A DNA stretch of 64,000 nt from Antedon mediterranea. Taxonomy: Eukaryota; Animalia; Echinodermata. A model generated the notes under the pieces. It ran no database searches, was not told the DNA's origin, and saw nothing but the letters and a program-made list of their open reading frames with translations. Where the stretch lies: the NCBI RefSeq assembly GCF_964355755.1, contig NC_092672.1:13888001-13952000 (forward strand). Direction: 5' to 3'. The position numbers were made by a program, and so were the translations under genes. This document shows, in pieces, positions 60,566-64,000 of this stretch; position 1 is the stretch's first letter; each line of letters starts with the position of its first letter.

Positions 60566-63500
60566 ATGGCATCAAATGGCAAGACTAGCAACAGCTTTGG
60601 TGTACCTTTGGAGACTTACAATGACTATGGAGCTACCGATGATACGTCATCTTTAGCTAACAAAGATTTTTTAGTAAGTATAGAGATCGTCATTATTTCT
60701 GAAGAAGCTGTCCAATCAGGACAGCGAAACTGTCAGGAAGGTTAGTTTACTAATTGTTGGTTTGAAAAAAAGAATATTTCCAAAATAAGTATTAGGCTAT
60801 GTTTACACATAATATTGCGACTAACCAATATGTAAGTCCTTTTCACTAGCATATTCAGTTTGACTTGTTACTAATTGTGGGCCATCTTCCAGAACCCTCG
60901 AAAGATACGCTCAAAGTTCTACAAAAGATTACGTCATACAGTTTTTCTATATAAAGCACCATCTTCGCTCTGCACTACCCATCGAAATCCATAACTCTAC
61001 ATCATTTAATATTTATAAAAATATATCCCACCCCTCTGTTATGGCTAGGCACTGTCCCTGGGGGTTTCAAAATGTTCCCACTTCAATGTTCCTATTAGAT
61101 ATTATTTTTGTAATATTAAATATATTTCTTGTTTTTTTTTCATAATCCTTTTTGGTCTATTTATTTTCCTTTTTTGTCAATCTTTTTCTCGTTTTCGTGT
61201 TTGTATCCTTTTTCGGCCACAAGTGGAAAATCTTGATGTAGTCTATATATGCGTATACAAAAAAATGAATTCAACCACCTTTGTTATTATGGACGGGCCA
61301 AAAGCAATATCGTATAATGTAAAATACTATGGTAGACTGACACGTCAGTGACATAATGTCGTATGCAGTAATAAGGGGGAAACACTGGGCTGCTCTGAAA
61401 TTGCTTGTCAACTTCAAAACAATGTTTGTACATCATGGTCTGTGGTTTAGGATGAGGCTTTCTGTTAAAGGGACGGAAGACACTTTGTACAACCAACCCC
61501 TTTTGTCTAATGTCCCAATGCAAAAGCTCACTAATGTAGGATTTAGTTTCCTGTGTTACTGCCTTTTGTTATACTGTATTGTAATCAATATCTATCTGCT
61601 CATAACAAAAGAGTGAATAGCTTGATAAAAATTGATTTTAATCAAAACTCTATTCTACTACGTTGAAATACTGGTTCTCGTCTGATTACCAAAGTTGGGC
61701 CCGGTTTAGAGCTTGGATGGCCAATTAGGGAATGGGTCCTATATAGATCTTTCAGAGAGAGGTCGGTCGGTAACTATTTAATAAAGAATAGGGATTGTCT
61801 CCTCGTGATCATATCATAGTCCTCTGGGAAAATAGTATTTTACTGAAGAGTCCGTATGAGAAAATGTTCAGTTCTTACAGGATTCTTGAATTAATTAATG
61901 AATTATTTAAGAAAGTATATTCCATTTTTTTTTTTTATAATAAAAACCAATTTTGAGTATGTGCTTGATTTAAATGCTTTTCTTCATTGATTGTTGAATG
62001 AAGTACAAACTACATTAACTACTGTAACTGAAAAAGAGTGAGTTAAATAATGTTTTGAAAGATCCTGATAGAAAAACACTTTTTACAAGAATATATGTGT
62101 GATAATAATGGATATTAAAATAATAAACAATTCCTGATATATATAAATATATAATAAAGTATAAACAAAATACAATTAGTTGAATAATATTATAATTAAT
62201 GAATTATGTGTATTTCAAAACCTGATGAATAACTTTGTCAAAGCTTTGATTACATTTCTTGATTTGTGTATTTAATTTCTATAAATTTAAATAAGTTGAT
62301 ATATGTTTTGCTTTAAACTATAAATAATAAAATTTGTAAGAAAAAACATGGATTTTTAACCACAGAATTGTTGTTTTTCCAATAACTTACCTATCGGTTT
62401 TTATTTAGAAAAATACTGATGATGAAGGGCCATTAGACTTTAATACCAAACAAAGAAATGATGATCCAGGAACATACTTCACAGATGGACAAAGAAAAAT
62501 TGGTGAGTTTGCAATATATTTTACTATCAAAAAAGATACACAGGTTGGCTTTTAAATGTAGTAAAAACATTCCAAGTACAATTTCAGTCATTTTGATATT
62601 CATTCTCGCCATTTTTGGGAAAAAAAACCACAGACTTTTTTTATAAAGATAGATGGTTCATGGCCTCCATGGTTTGTAATTCAATGTACAATGATTTTCA
62701 TAAAAGGTTGTATAAATGCAGCTGACAGACTGAATTCCTATGAATAATTGCACTGTGAATAAATATGTGTAGTGAATTGGTAATTAGGTTTGCTTGAGCT
62801 TCATTTGTTTGCTGTTAGGTTTTTTATTTTGAATAGCCAGGGCTTTTTGAAAATTTGTGATAACAAAATTTGATTTGCAAGTGTTTTAATTTTATTCTTT
62901 TATTTAATTTGTAATCATGTTGTATAATAATGTATGTTGTTTTTTTTTCAGATTTTGTTCTTGTTACTGAAGAAGAAAAATTAACAGAGAAGCAACAACA
63001 AAAGAAAGACAAGGAGAAGCGAGAGCAAATAGAAGCTGGGGAAGAAGATGTAGATGTGCTGCATGACAAATGGAAGAAGAAGTTTTTGCATCATTTATCT
63101 CGAGCTGGGCTGGAGATGGAAGAGGATGTTGTTGAAAGCGAGAAGAAAATTGTCACGTATACAAAGCTTCATGCCCCGTGGAGTGTACTTGTATTCTACG
63201 CTGAAGAATTGAGTTTCAAATCACCATTGCAGGTACAGGAGAACCCTATTACAGGGACACATTAATAGGGTGGTCCTTGATTAAGAATTTGGGCGTAGTC
63301 GTAAAACATATCAGGACTGGCGTCACAAAAGCGGTACAGAATTGCAACCCCAAGTTTTAAATTATTAAGCCCTGAAGTTCACAATGTGAAAAACGGTCTA
63401 ACGATGCAATTAAGTGACCGGACTGGAGCTTGAACCCACAACTAATTGTGCAACCCTCCTCTCTTGGCCACTGAACTATACTTGCTCCAGCTGCATGTTA

Positions 63501-63673
63501 TACTGTACATTATTTTATTCTTTAAATATTACACAGGCACATCCTAATCCAAGTTCAAACTGGTCATCCAAAGTGTTGAACTTTTTCCACATTCCAAACA
63601 TGATGGCGCAACAAGTACCAAACCAGCCTCTTGATTACTTCACTTGCCCATTCAAACGCTCCAAACTTGACAA
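60566..63673 (+). CDS. ANO7: Anoctamin/TMEM16 (ANO7-like), N-terminal exons; the gene continues beyond the window
   Basis: In-phase exons 60566-60673, 62409-62502 (YFTDGQRKI), 62952-63232 (DFVLV...AGLEMEE...KLHAPWSVLVFYAEEL..PLQ) and 63537-63673 (PNPSSNWS..IPN..VP..P.DYFTC.F..KL) encode the anoctamin dimerisation domain. The family call is secure; the paralogue call is less so. Confidence 0.88.
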
Positions 63674-64000
63674 GTAAGTTCACTTTATATTAGTAGTGTC
63701 ATTTATCTACAGTATATATGTGAATGCCAATAGTTTTTGTTAATTTAATAGCAAAATACTCTATTAAAGATATTTTAAAGTTTCAACTTTTTAAATAATA
63801 TTTAAAATTCCTCACTATTGAAACTAATGGCCTATTTAGTTCCATGTGGGTGTTTATTTGAGAGGGACATTTATTACGAATAAATGTGGTAATACTAATA
63901 TACAAAATGTGCATTATTTAATCTGTTATATTTTTTGTTTAGACCAATAATTAACATTTACTGTAACAATTTAATTAGGTGAATATAATTGTTGTCTAAA

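Overview
AT-rich, intron-rich eukaryotic DNA from an invertebrate, probably marine (possibly an echinoderm; this is inferred only from repeat content and composition). Host genes: (i) a minus-strand multi-exon type I membrane receptor, 37683->20516 (signal peptide, YWTD/LDLR-B propeller, orphan half-CUB exon, EGF, beta-rich ectodomain, TM, Tyr-motif tail); (ii) two decayed tandem ACSF2-like copies at about 50.4-56.7 kb; (iii) the 5' exons of an anoctamin (ANO7-like) running off the right edge. Most of the rest is mobile DNA. The left edge looks like a Polinton/Maverick terminus, with a 168-codon open ORF absent from the ORF track. There is a 5S rRNA-headed Pol III-like unit with a foreign 3' tail, and a U2 snRNA 5' fragment fused to a Tx1-clade (Keno-like) retrotransposon. 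An intact CR1-group LINE ORF2 and a Penelope-type hammerhead hairpin lie in receptor introns. Kolobok-, MULE- and Helentron-like non-autonomous elements and a nested 9-kb foldback are also present. Five tiny CA(T/A)(A/G)G palindromes with 7-bp target duplications look like P-element excision footprints. All calls were made by eye without database searches, so family names are pattern-based.
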